A program made the position numbers and the translations under genes. The notes below the pieces were generated by a model. It had not been told where the DNA came from. It saw only the letters and a list, made by a program, of their open reading frames with translations, and made no database searches. Shown here piece by piece: positions 20,626 through 29,105 of a stretch of 29,948 nucleotides of DNA (the stretch's first letter is position 1; each line of letters begins with the position of its first letter). Location: positions 1 to 29,948 of the forward strand of contig JAKEHF010000040.1 of assembly GCA_022615295.1 (NCBI GenBank), read 5' to 3'. This stretch comes from Actinomycetota bacterium. Lineage in GTDB: Bacteria > Actinomycetota > Acidimicrobiia > Spongiisociales > ZC4RG35.

Positions 20626-21810
20626 TCAGGTGAAGGCATCGAGACCGGTAATGGCTTGACCCATGACCAGGGTGTGGATCTCGTTGGTCCCCTCGTAGGT
20701 GTAGACCGTCTCCAGGTTCGCCATATGACGGAACACCGGGTACTCGAGCGTGATCCCGTTGGCGCCAAGTATCGAACGGGCGGTCCGCGCCACCTCCAGG
20801 GCGTTGCGCACGTTGTCGAACTTGCCGAACGAGACCTGCTCCGGGGTGAGACGCCCATCGTCCTTGCGACGCCCCAAGTGGAGGGCGAGGAGCATCCCTT
20901 TCTGGACCGCGACCATCATCTCCACCAGCTTCTGCTGGGTCAGCTGGAACGAGCCGATGGGCTGGCCGAACTGGATCCGCTCCTGGGCGTAGGCCAGGGC
21001 GGTCTCGTAGCAGGAGCGGGCGGCGCCCACGGCGCCGAAGGCGATGCCGAACCGGGCCTCGTTGAGACAGGACAGTGGTCCCCGCATAGAGGACACCCCG
21101 GGAAGGAGGAAGTCGTCGGGGACCCGCACGTCGTCGAGGATCAGCTCTGAAGTCACCGAAGCCCGTAGCGAGGCCTTCTTCTTGATCTCCGGCGCCGAGA
21201 AGCCCCTGGAGTCGGTGGGGACGATGAACCCGCGGACCCCCTCGTCGGTCCGGGCCCAGACTACGGCGATGTCGGCGACCGACCCGTTGGTGATCCACAT
21301 CTTGGAGCCGTTGATCACCCAGTCCGAGCCGTCACGTCGGGCACCAGTGCGCATCGAGGCCGGGTCGGAGCCGGAGTCGGTCTCGGTGAGACCGAAGCAG
21401 CCAAGCACCTCTCCCCTGGCCATGCGGGGCAGCCAGGTCTGCTTCTGCTCCTCGGAGCCGAACTTCCATATGGGGAACATGGCGAGGGAGCCCTGGACGG
21501 AGACGAAAGAGCGGATCCCGGAGTCGCCCGCTTCCAGCTCGAGACAAGCCAGACCGTAGGCGGTGGCGGAGGTACCGGCACATCCGTAGCCCTCGAGATG
21601 CATACCCAGCATCCCCAGGTCGCCGAACGCCTTGGCAAGGTCGGCCACCGGGATCTCGCCTGCCTCCCACCAGTCTCCGACGTTGGGCGTGATCTCCTTC
21701 TCCACGTAGTCACGCACCGTGTCGCGGAGCAGTCTCTCCTCGTCACTGAGAAGCATGTTGATTTCGAGGAAGTCGTGGGGGTCCGGCTTCTCGAAGGCGA
21801 TCTGACTCAT
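20626..21810 (-). CDS. Acyl-CoA dehydrogenase, glutaryl-CoA dehydrogenase-like
   Basis: YGLACLELEAGDSGIRSFVSVQGSL, GCFGLTE-x-D-x-GSD, INGSKMWITNG, CLNEARFGI and TYEGTNEIH. Start placed at ATG 21810. Confidence 0.88.
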   Translation of the reverse strand: MSQIAFEKPDPHDFLEINMLLSDEERLLRDTVRDYVEKEITPNVGDWWEAGEIPVADLAKAFGDLGMLGMHLEGYGCAGTSATAYGLACLELEAGDSGIRSFVSVQGSLAMFPIWKFGSEEQKQTWLPRMARGEVLGCFGLTETDSGSDPASMRTGARRDGSDWVINGSKMWITNGSVADIAVVWARTDEGVRGFIVPTDSRGFSAPEIKKKASLRASVTSELILDDVRVPDDFLLPGVSSMRGPLSCLNEARFGIAFGAVGAARSCYETALAYAQERIQFGQPIGSFQLTQQKLVEMMVAVQKGMLLALHLGRRKDDGRLTPEQVSFGKFDNVRNALEVARTARSILGANGITLEYPVFRHMANLETVYTYEGTNEIHTLVMGQAITGLDAFT

Positions 21811-21832
21811 GTGGTGGCGATGGTATTCGGTC

Positions 21833-22297
21833 TCAGTCGGCCAGGGTCTTGGCGGCGAGATCGGCCCGGTACTCGGCGAGCTTCTGACGTAGATCGCTGT
21901 CACCGACGGCGAGGATGGCGACCGCGAGGAGTGCCGCATTGACGGCACCATCGATGGCCACCGTGGCCACCGGGATCCCGGTGGGCATCTGGACCGTGGC
22001 GAGAAGGGCGTCCATGCCGTCGAGCGAGGCGGAGAGGGGGACGCCTATCACCGGGAGCAGCGACTTGGCGGCCATCACCCCGGCGAGATGCGCCGCCTTC
22101 CCGGCGCCTGCGATGATCACCTCGAACCCCTGATCGGCCGCGGTGGCGGCGAACTCCATGGCCTCGTCGGGCGTCTTATGGGCAGAGATGACCCTGGTGA
22201 CGTGATCGACTCCGAAGTGCTCCAGCATCATGGCCGCCTTCTCCATAACCGGCCGATCGCTACCCGATCCCATGAGGACCGCCACCCTGTGTGTCAC
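21833..22297 (-). CDS. purE: PurE (N5-CAIR mutase / AIR carboxylase)
   Basis: [40 protein letters not shown]-x-GIPVATV and NAALLA. Confidence 0.95.
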   Translation of the reverse strand: MTHRVAVLMGSGSDRPVMEKAAMMLEHFGVDHVTRVISAHKTPDEAMEFAATAADQGFEVIIAGAGKAAHLAGVMAAKSLLPVIGVPLSASLDGMDALLATVQMPTGIPVATVAIDGAVNAALLAVAILAVGDSDLRQKLAEYRADLAAKTLAD

Positions 22298-22317
22298 AGG
22301 GACGACGGTAATCGGCC

Positions 22318-23997
22318 ATGAGGAAGGTCATCGGGCTGGTTCTGGTCACGACCGGCGGGTTGGTGCTCTATCTCCTCACCGACGCCGGCGAGGCGCCGAA
22401 CGCCACCCCACCTCTCGCGGTCCCAACCACAGCGTCGACCTTTCATGCGACGACATCCACATCGGCGATCGTCGACCCGGGACGGTCCATCGATCGAGGT
22501 CCGGCAAGGTCGATCATCCGGGCTGCCCTGCCCGATGGCACGGAGTTCACAGTCGACATCTCCCTGGTGCTCGAGGAGGCCCCGATCTCGCTCTGGGCGG
22601 GACCGATCGTGATGGACATCGATGGTGAACCGAGCGTCGTTGGAGCAACGCAACTGTCCTTCACACCATACGAGGGCACGACGTTCGACGACGGGCTGTA
22701 CCGCACCTCCGCCGGCGGATACTTCCTCCAGATCGACTTCTATGACCATGTTCTGGCGGCGCTCGGACCTGATGCCGCGGCCGTCATCCGAGACTCGATC
22801 ACAGGCGAGGTGCGATCGAGTTATCCGGTGGTGGTTCTCGAGGAGCCCTTCTATTGGGGTGACGACGACCAGTTTGCCCTCCAGATGGAAGTGGACTTCG
22901 GGCTGTTCGAGGTTCGCCGTGGATGTGGAGACCAGGCAGTTGCCTGTAACGAGACCAGGGCCGTCCAGGTGATACCAGCGGAGTCCGCTCGGTTCCCCGC
23001 GCCGGAGTGGCCCGACGACACGTTTGTGGCCATCCACTCCTTTGCTCCGAGACCAGAGGATGATCCCAACTATCTCGATCCCGGGCCGTTGTCCCCTCGT
23101 TACGCAGCAGATGTCATCTGGACCGGCGAGGAGATGATCGTCTGGGGTGGAGCCGATCAGGGGGTCCGGCCCTTTCTGGTCGACGGTGCCATTCTTGATG
23201 GTGATACGGGAGCCTGGCGGCTTCTCCCCGAGTCGCAAATCCGACTTGGCCGCAACACCCGAGCAGTCTGGCGCGATGATCGGCTGATCGTCGTCAGCTC
23301 CGACGCGGTTGTGGCCTATGACCCGGCAAACGACAGCTGGTCGGAGCTGGGACCTGGGGTGGCATTGGGTCGGAGCCCGGATCACATCGTGGCCGCCGAG
23401 GACTCCATCTATGTCTGGTCCAACCAGATCCATGTGTTCGACATCGACAGTGGGTCTTGGTCGACATTGCCCGATCCTCCCTTCCCGGTTGGTGGTGAGG
23501 ACTGGCAGCGCGCGATTCGATCCTTCAACGGACATCTCCTCGCGGTGGGAACGACCGGCTTCTGTGATGACACGTCCTTGGCGTACTGGTCGGAGGGCGA
23601 GTGGTGGATCGTTCGCGCAGAAGTCGAAGCTTGCCCGCGGCAGACGGCAACATCAGGGGACCTCCTCTTGTTCTGGAGTGAGAATTTCGCGACGTACGTG
23701 CGTTGGGTCGAAGGGGGGCCGTTGAACTCCGTCATCGTCGACTCCCATGGGATGGGTGGGACCGAGGGCGCAGCCGGTGGGCTTGACTTCGGTGACGGAA
23801 GGATTCTGATTCCCCAGTACGGGGAGGGGGCGATCTTCGACAGGAGCGGGTGGACCCGGGTCGAGCTCCCCGGCTGGGGCACCGAATGGGACATGGTCTG
23901 GACCGGCGAGGAGGTCCTGATGTGGGGTGTCCCGCTGTGTTGTATCGAGGACGGTGCCACCGTCGACGCCTGGAAGTGGACACCACCGCCACCGTGA
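22318..23997 (+). CDS. Hypothetical exported or membrane-anchored protein with a C-terminal Kelch-like beta-propeller
   Basis: N-terminal hydrophobic segment and Thr/Ser-rich linker. Blade-like repeats VIWTGEEMIVWGG and MVWTGEEVLMWG, plus YDPANDSWSEL and FDIDSGSWSTL. Confidence 0.65.
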   Translation: MRKVIGLVLVTTGGLVLYLLTDAGEAPNATPPLAVPTTASTFHATTSTSAIVDPGRSIDRGPARSIIRAALPDGTEFTVDISLVLEEAPISLWAGPIVMDIDGEPSVVGATQLSFTPYEGTTFDDGLYRTSAGGYFLQIDFYDHVLAALGPDAAAVIRDSITGEVRSSYPVVVLEEPFYWGDDDQFALQMEVDFGLFEVRRGCGDQAVACNETRAVQVIPAESARFPAPEWPDDTFVAIHSFAPRPEDDPNYLDPGPLSPRYAADVIWTGEEMIVWGGADQGVRPFLVDGAILDGDTGAWRLLPESQIRLGRNTRAVWRDDRLIVVSSDAVVAYDPANDSWSELGPGVALGRSPDHIVAAEDSIYVWSNQIHVFDIDSGSWSTLPDPPFPVGGEDWQRAIRSFNGHLLAVGTTGFCDDTSLAYWSEGEWWIVRAEVEACPRQTATSGDLLLFWSENFATYVRWVEGGPLNSVIVDSHGMGGTEGAAGGLDFGDGRILIPQYGEGAIFDRSGWTRVELPGWGTEWDMVWTGEEVLMWGVPLCCIEDGATVDAWKWTPPPP

Positions 23998-24021
23998 CGC
24001 CTTGATGTAACAATTGCCCCA

Positions 24022-25344
24022 GTGCGTGGCCTGCTCGTCGATCTGACGCCTCTTCGGGTTAGTCCCACCTATCGCCATCTCTGGATGGGTGGGGCCCTGG
24101 CGGGAATGGGGTCTCAGCTCACGGCCGTCGCCGTCGGTCTCCAGGTGTACGAGCTCTCGGGCTCGACACTCGCAGTCGGATTCGTCGGGTTGGCGGCCTT
24201 TGTGCCCCTTGTGGTTCTCGGGCTGTACGGGGGGTCGATCGTGGACGCCTACGACCGGCGGAAGGTTCTCATCGTCACCTTGAGCGGTCTGTCGGCAGTG
24301 GGGGTGACACTCGCCGTCCTCGCTTGGACGGGGACGGCACGGGTCGGTCTTCTCTATGCCCTGGTGGGCATACAGGCCGGCTTCTTTGCGGTCCAGGCCC
24401 CGGCACGTCAGGCGGTGATCCCTCGTCTGCTGTCCCCGGAGCTGCTACCCGCTGCCAACGCCTTGGCGACCCTCGCCATGGGTATCTCCTTCGCGGCTGG
24501 CCCGATGTTGGGCGGAGTGCTCGTCGACCAGGCCGGGTACGGGTGGGCCTACGGCGTGGAGGTGGTTCTGCTGCTCGGCGCCCTGACGCTGATCTTCACC
24601 CTGCCCAGCCTGGTCCCCGAGGGTGAGGTCCGCCGGGCCGGGCTCGGCTCCGTTGTCGAGGGTCTTCGCTTTCTGAGGACGAGACCCACGGTGGGGATGA
24701 CGTTCTTCGTCGACCTCAGCGCGATGGTCCTCGCTCTCCCCCGTGTCCTGTTCCCGGCCATCGCCACGCTGATGATCGGTGGTGGGGCAACCACGGTGGG
24801 GATCCTCGTCTCCGGGATAGCGGTGGGGACTCTCCTCGGTGGGATCTTCTCGGGGAGGCTGGGCAGGATCAACCGTCAGGGTCTGGCCGTCGTCGCCGCG
24901 GTGGTCGCCTGGGGGCTCTTCGTCGCCGCCTTCGGTGTGGTCGTCGCCCTGGCTCCGGGCCCTGGGCCGGGTGGTCAGGCCAACTGGGCGCTGTGGCCGG
25001 CAGCCTTGTTCATGGTGCTCGCAGGGGCCGCCGACACGGTTAGTGCGGTGTTCCGCACGACCATCCTCCAGGTGGCGACGCCCGACGCCCTCCGGGGGAG
25101 ACTCCAGGGTGTCTTCACCGTGGTGGTTGCCGGTGGGCCTCAACTCGGATCCCTGCTCCTCGGATCCGTGGCCGCGGCCACCGGCGAGCCGACGGCTGCG
25201 ATCATCGGTGGGGTGGTGTGCGCCGCTTTGGTCGCCGTAGTCTCGGTACGACAGAAGGGTCTCATCGCCTACGACGCACGTGATCCGGGTGCGGAGACGG
25301 GGCTACGTCCTAGAAGGGGTGTAGAGCCCACATTGAGCCCATAG
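24022..25344 (+). CDS. MFS transporter, EntS/H+-antiporter-like exporter
   Basis: About 12 hydrophobic segments; GGSIVDAYDRRK (motif A), PARQAVIPRL and TPDALRGRLQG. Confidence 0.88.
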   Translation: MRGLLVDLTPLRVSPTYRHLWMGGALAGMGSQLTAVAVGLQVYELSGSTLAVGFVGLAAFVPLVVLGLYGGSIVDAYDRRKVLIVTLSGLSAVGVTLAVLAWTGTARVGLLYALVGIQAGFFAVQAPARQAVIPRLLSPELLPAANALATLAMGISFAAGPMLGGVLVDQAGYGWAYGVEVVLLLGALTLIFTLPSLVPEGEVRRAGLGSVVEGLRFLRTRPTVGMTFFVDLSAMVLALPRVLFPAIATLMIGGGATTVGILVSGIAVGTLLGGIFSGRLGRINRQGLAVVAAVVAWGLFVAAFGVVVALAPGPGPGGQANWALWPAALFMVLAGAADTVSAVFRTTILQVATPDALRGRLQGVFTVVVAGGPQLGSLLLGSVAAATGEPTAAIIGGVVCAALVAVVSVRQKGLIAYDARDPGAETGLRPRRGVEPTLSP

Positions 25345-25373
25345 AGCGGAGATAGAGCCAACGCCGACATCCT
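25311..25373 (+). promoter_or_regulatory. Putative SARP operator: heptamer direct repeats at 11-bp spacing plus a candidate -10
   Basis: TAGAAGG 25311, TAGAGCC 25322, TTGAGCC 25333 (11-bp steps); TAGAGCG 25342, TAGAGCC 25353 (11-bp step). CATCCT at 25368-25373 lies 8 nt after the last heptamer. Confidence 0.6.
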
Positions 25374-25436
25374 CTTGACAGCCATCCGTCACCTTCCACC
25401 GAGGCGGAGATACCGCCGGATCGAAAGGAGACGGAG

Positions 25437-25853
25437 ATGACCGTTCTAGAGAAGAAGGCGACCAGAGTCGATGTCCCTCAGCTCGCACGGTATGTGGGGG
25501 TGGCCCTCCTGGCAGGTGCGCTCGGCGTCGGGATCGCGGTCGGTGGCCAGAGCCTGGTCGGCAACGACAGCCCGACCCCGGCGTCGATCGCAGCGACACG
25601 TGCCGGCCTGTATGCGGAACACATGCAGAACACCTGGATCGCCCAGGTCAACGCCACCCGCAGCGCCGACATGGTCGCCCGCTTCGCAGGTCAGTACGGG
25701 GCCCACCTGGCGGCCTTGCAGAGCCAGCGTGCAGCGGAGTTCGCCGCCAGCCAGGCGGGGCAGTTCGCCGCCAGGGTCAGCGCCATCAACGAGCAGCGGG
25801 CAGAGGACATGGCCACCTTCAAGTACGGATGGGAAGGAGAGCCGGATTCCTAG
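25437..25853 (+). CDS. Small hypothetical membrane-anchored or secreted protein with 23-aa repeats
   Basis: Strong RBS (AAAGGAG) before ATG 25437; hydrophobic segment at residues ~19-37; Arg75, Arg98 and Arg121 mark the repeats. Confidence 0.75.
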   Translation: MTVLEKKATRVDVPQLARYVGVALLAGALGVGIAVGGQSLVGNDSPTPASIAATRAGLYAEHMQNTWIAQVNATRSADMVARFAGQYGAHLAALQSQRAAEFAASQAGQFAARVSAINEQRAEDMATFKYGWEGEPDS

Positions 25854-25907
25854 GCAGGGGCACCGCCGATGACGGAATCGGTAACGTCGACGGCGAGAAG
25901 GGAGCAC

Positions 25908-28900
25908 ATGGTGAGGTTCCACCTCCTGGGATCTCTGACCGTGGATGCCGATGGGCGCCCGATAGATCTGGGGCCGCCCAAACAGCGCTCCGTTCTCGCC
26001 GTCCTCCTTCTTCATGCCAACGAGATCGTCCCCACGGACAGGATCATCGACATGGTCTGGGGGGACGAGCCACCTCGGACGGCGGACCACTCGGTCCAGA
26101 TCTACATCTCCGACCTGCGCAGGGCCCTGGCCAACGGGTCGAGCGGTGACCTCATCGAGACAAGGCCTCCCGGATACGTGCTCAACATCCCTCCCGATGC
26201 CGTAGATATCCTGCGTTTCGAGGGTTTGGTCCGTGATGGTCTCGCTGCCATCAGAACCGGCGACGTGGGGACCGGTCGACCCAAACTGGAGAAGGCCCTC
26301 CAGTCATGGACGGGCCCTCCACTTGCCGACTTTGCATATGAGGAGTTCGCCCAGGGTCACATCCGCTCCCTCGGGGAGCTTCGCTCCGATGCCCTGGAGA
26401 CGCTCGGCGGAATCCACCTCGACCAGGGCCTGAACGACATGGCCCGCGAGCTTGCCGGTGAGGCGATTGCTGCAGACCCCCTCCGGGAAGAGCCGCGACG
26501 TCTCAAGATGCTCGCCCTCTACCGAACCGGCCGTCAGGCCGAGGCCCTGCGTCACTACGCCCACTATCGGTCACTCCTTGCAGACGAGCTCGGTATCGAA
26601 CCGTCGCCGGCCCTACGCGATCTGGAGGAGCGAATCCTTCTTCAGGATCCCAGCTTGAGTCTTCGTGTCGAGACCGCCGCCGAGGGCAATCCCTATAGGG
26701 GTCTACGCGCCTTCTCCGAGGAGGACTCGGAGGTCTACTTCGGAAGGGAGTCGTTGGTCGGTGAGACGCTCGATCGTCTCCGCAATGGGCCGGGTTTTGT
26801 CTCCATCGTCGGGCCATCGGGTTCGGGCAAGTCGAGTGCGGCGCGCGCCGGCGTGGTGCCGGCTCTGCGGGAGCAGGGGGAGACCGTGGTCGTGTTCCAA
26901 CCGGGGACCCGTCCGCTCTGGGAGCTCGCCGGGGCGCTGGATAGGGCCGGTTTCGGGACCCGGGCTGCATTGATGCGCAGATTCGAGAGCGACCCACAGA
27001 CCCTGGTGACCGTCATCTCCAGGTCGGTGGTCCTCATCGTCGACCAATTCGAGGAGCTCTTCACCCTCGCCGAGCCGGACGATGCCATCAGATTCTCAGA
27101 GCTCCTGGCGGCCGGGATCCGTGACCATCGAACGCCACTTCGGGTCGTCGCCACCCTGCGTGCCGACTACTACGACCGCCCGCTCTCCATGCCGGCCCTG
27201 GCCGGCGTGTTCACAGACTCGGTGGTCTCGGTGAAACCGATGACGGCCGCCGAGATCGAACGGGCGGTGGTGGAGCCGGCGCGTATCGCGGGCGTCACAG
27301 TGGATCCCGCCCTACTGGCGCAGCTCGTCGCCGACATGGGTGACGAGCCGGGAGCCTTGCCCCTCCTCCAATTCACGCTGTTCGAGCTTTTCGAACGCTC
27401 TGACGGGTCGATGACCCTCGTCACTTACAACGAGCTGGGCGGGATTCATGGGGCTCTCACGGGTGGTGCAGATCAGCTCTACGAAGAGCTCGACACGGCG
27501 GGGCAGGACCTCGTGGAGCAACTGCTCATGAGGATGGTGCGCAAGGGCAAGACCATGAGCACCTCCCGTCCGGTCCTTCTCCGGGAGCTGATGGAGCTCG
27601 GTGTGGACAATGTCGCCCTTCAGGGGGTCCTCGAGGCCTTCAGCTCGAGACGTCTGGTCACCTTCGACCGTGACGCCTCGGGCGCCGCCGTCGTCGCGAT
27701 GGCCCATGAGTACCTGATCACGGAGTGGCCCCGTCTGGTGTCCTGGATCGAGACCCACTCCGAGGACCTCGACCGTCTCCTCGCCCTCGACGCCGCCAGC
27801 ACCGAATGGGAGATCGCCGAGCAATCCGAGGACTACCTACTCCGGGGAGAGCGTCTCGACCGTTTCGACGGTTGGCGGCATACGACCACCCTCCGGCTCA
27901 CCACCCCGGAGACGGCGTTTATAGACGCATCCCTGGAGCTGCGCACCAGGGAGACGATCGCCCAGAAAGAGGCTGCCGCAAAGGAGAGCGAGCTAACCAG
28001 GAAGGCAAGGAGACGGCTTTGGGCCTTCGGCACGGCGGTGGCGGCGTTGGCGGCGGCGGTGACCATGTTGGTCCTGACCCTGATCCCCGATCCGCCGCCT
28101 GACGTGGTGCTCTGGGCTCCCCCTGCCGGGGACGGTGGCTTTGGAGACCGGATCAATGAAGGTGTGAACAGGGCCGCAGAGGAGCATGCGTGGACCATTG
28201 CCTTCTTTCCCGACAGTGACCCGGGATTCGTCACCGATGTCGCCGCGCTCGTCGACGACGGGGCCCCGCTCGTGTTGATGACGCTGAACCTGCTGGGGCA
28301 CCCCGGGGTCGAAGAGATGATGGAGGATCATCCGGAGACCCAGTTCGTGTGGATCGACTGCGAGACGGGGCTCCTGGAGTCCCCCCGTCCAAACGAGACA
28401 TGCATCGGCACGGACCATCGTGAGATGGGATATCTCGCCGGGGTGGCGGCCGGGTTGACCACAGAGAGTGATCATGTCGGCATCGTCGTCGGCATGGACG
28501 CCCCGTTCATGAATCAGTTCGAGATGGGCTTCCGAGCCGGTGTCGCCAGGGTGAACCCGATCGCCGAGGTGGGGGCGATCTACCTGAGCAGGTGGGGCGA
28601 GGGGTTCGGATCGCCCACCTTGGGTTACATCGGGGCGTCGACCCTGATCGGAGAGGGCGCGGATGTGATCTTCCATGCGGCCGGGATCTCGGGTGACGGT
28701 GTGATCGAGGCGGCGTACGACCATGGGCTCGAGTCCGGGCGTCGGGTGTGGGCCATCGGTGTCGACACCGACCAGCACGCAGTGCTCGAGACATGGAAAG
28801 ATCAACCATGGGTCGGCGATACCCCGGTCTCGGGCTGGCAGGGCATCCTCCTGACATCGATCGTGAAGAGACTGGACACCGCCGTCTATGCCGTCCTCGA

Positions 28901-29105
28901 AGCCTATGCCCGAACCGAGGAGGTCGGATTGACGACACTCACGATCGCCAACGGTGGAGTCGACTACGTAACCACAGGCGGCCATATCGATCCCATCAGG
29001 ACGGAGATGGATCAGGTCAAACGTGGGTTGATAGAGGGCACCGAGGAGATCCCGGTGGTCGACATCGAGCCGGTGAGACTCGTCGTCGACCTCGTCGCCC
29101 CCTGA
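25908..29105 (+). CDS. SARP-type regulator: wHTH + BTAD + nSTAND1 NTPase + TM + BMP-family substrate-binding domain
   Basis: LGPPKQRSVLAVLL...PPGYVL (wHTH); PLREE...MLALYRTGRQAEAL...ELGIEPS (BTAD); NPYRGLRAF, Walker A GPSGSGKSS, Walker B LIVDQFEELF, LPLLQFTL and HEYLITEWPRL (nSTAND1); TM LWAFGTAVAALAAAVTMLVLTLI; MGYLAGVAAG, GADVIFHAAG, AIGVDTDQ and TSIVKRLD (BMP). Start is 25869, 25908 or 25911. Confidence 0.88.
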   Translation: MVRFHLLGSLTVDADGRPIDLGPPKQRSVLAVLLLHANEIVPTDRIIDMVWGDEPPRTADHSVQIYISDLRRALANGSSGDLIETRPPGYVLNIPPDAVDILRFEGLVRDGLAAIRTGDVGTGRPKLEKALQSWTGPPLADFAYEEFAQGHIRSLGELRSDALETLGGIHLDQGLNDMARELAGEAIAADPLREEPRRLKMLALYRTGRQAEALRHYAHYRSLLADELGIEPSPALRDLEERILLQDPSLSLRVETAAEGNPYRGLRAFSEEDSEVYFGRESLVGETLDRLRNGPGFVSIVGPSGSGKSSAARAGVVPALREQGETVVVFQPGTRPLWELAGALDRAGFGTRAALMRRFESDPQTLVTVISRSVVLIVDQFEELFTLAEPDDAIRFSELLAAGIRDHRTPLRVVATLRADYYDRPLSMPALAGVFTDSVVSVKPMTAAEIERAVVEPARIAGVTVDPALLAQLVADMGDEPGALPLLQFTLFELFERSDGSMTLVTYNELGGIHGALTGGADQLYEELDTAGQDLVEQLLMRMVRKGKTMSTSRPVLLRELMELGVDNVALQGVLEAFSSRRLVTFDRDASGAAVVAMAHEYLITEWPRLVSWIETHSEDLDRLLALDAASTEWEIAEQSEDYLLRGERLDRFDGWRHTTTLRLTTPETAFIDASLELRTRETIAQKEAAAKESELTRKARRRLWAFGTAVAALAAAVTMLVLTLIPDPPPDVVLWAPPAGDGGFGDRINEGVNRAAEEHAWTIAFFPDSDPGFVTDVAALVDDGAPLVLMTLNLLGHPGVEEMMEDHPETQFVWIDCETGLLESPRPNETCIGTDHREMGYLAGVAAGLTTESDHVGIVVGMDAPFMNQFEMGFRAGVARVNPIAEVGAIYLSRWGEGFGSPTLGYIGASTLIGEGADVIFHAAGISGDGVIEAAYDHGLESGRRVWAIGVDTDQHAVLETWKDQPWVGDTPVSGWQGILLTSIVKRLDTAVYAVLEAYARTEEVGLTTLTIANGGVDYVTTGGHIDPIRTEMDQVKRGLIEGTEEIPVVDIEPVRLVVDLVAP

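Noticed and set aside
22294-23535. Long antisense or alternate-frame ORFs (this 413-aa one, also 4434-6119, 11532-12848 and others)
   Set aside because: They overlap well-supported genes, have no recognisable motifs, and are expected as shadows in high-GC DNA.
25375-25380. Perfect TTGACA -35 hexamer
   Set aside because: There is no TANNNT-like -10 at 16-18 nt downstream.
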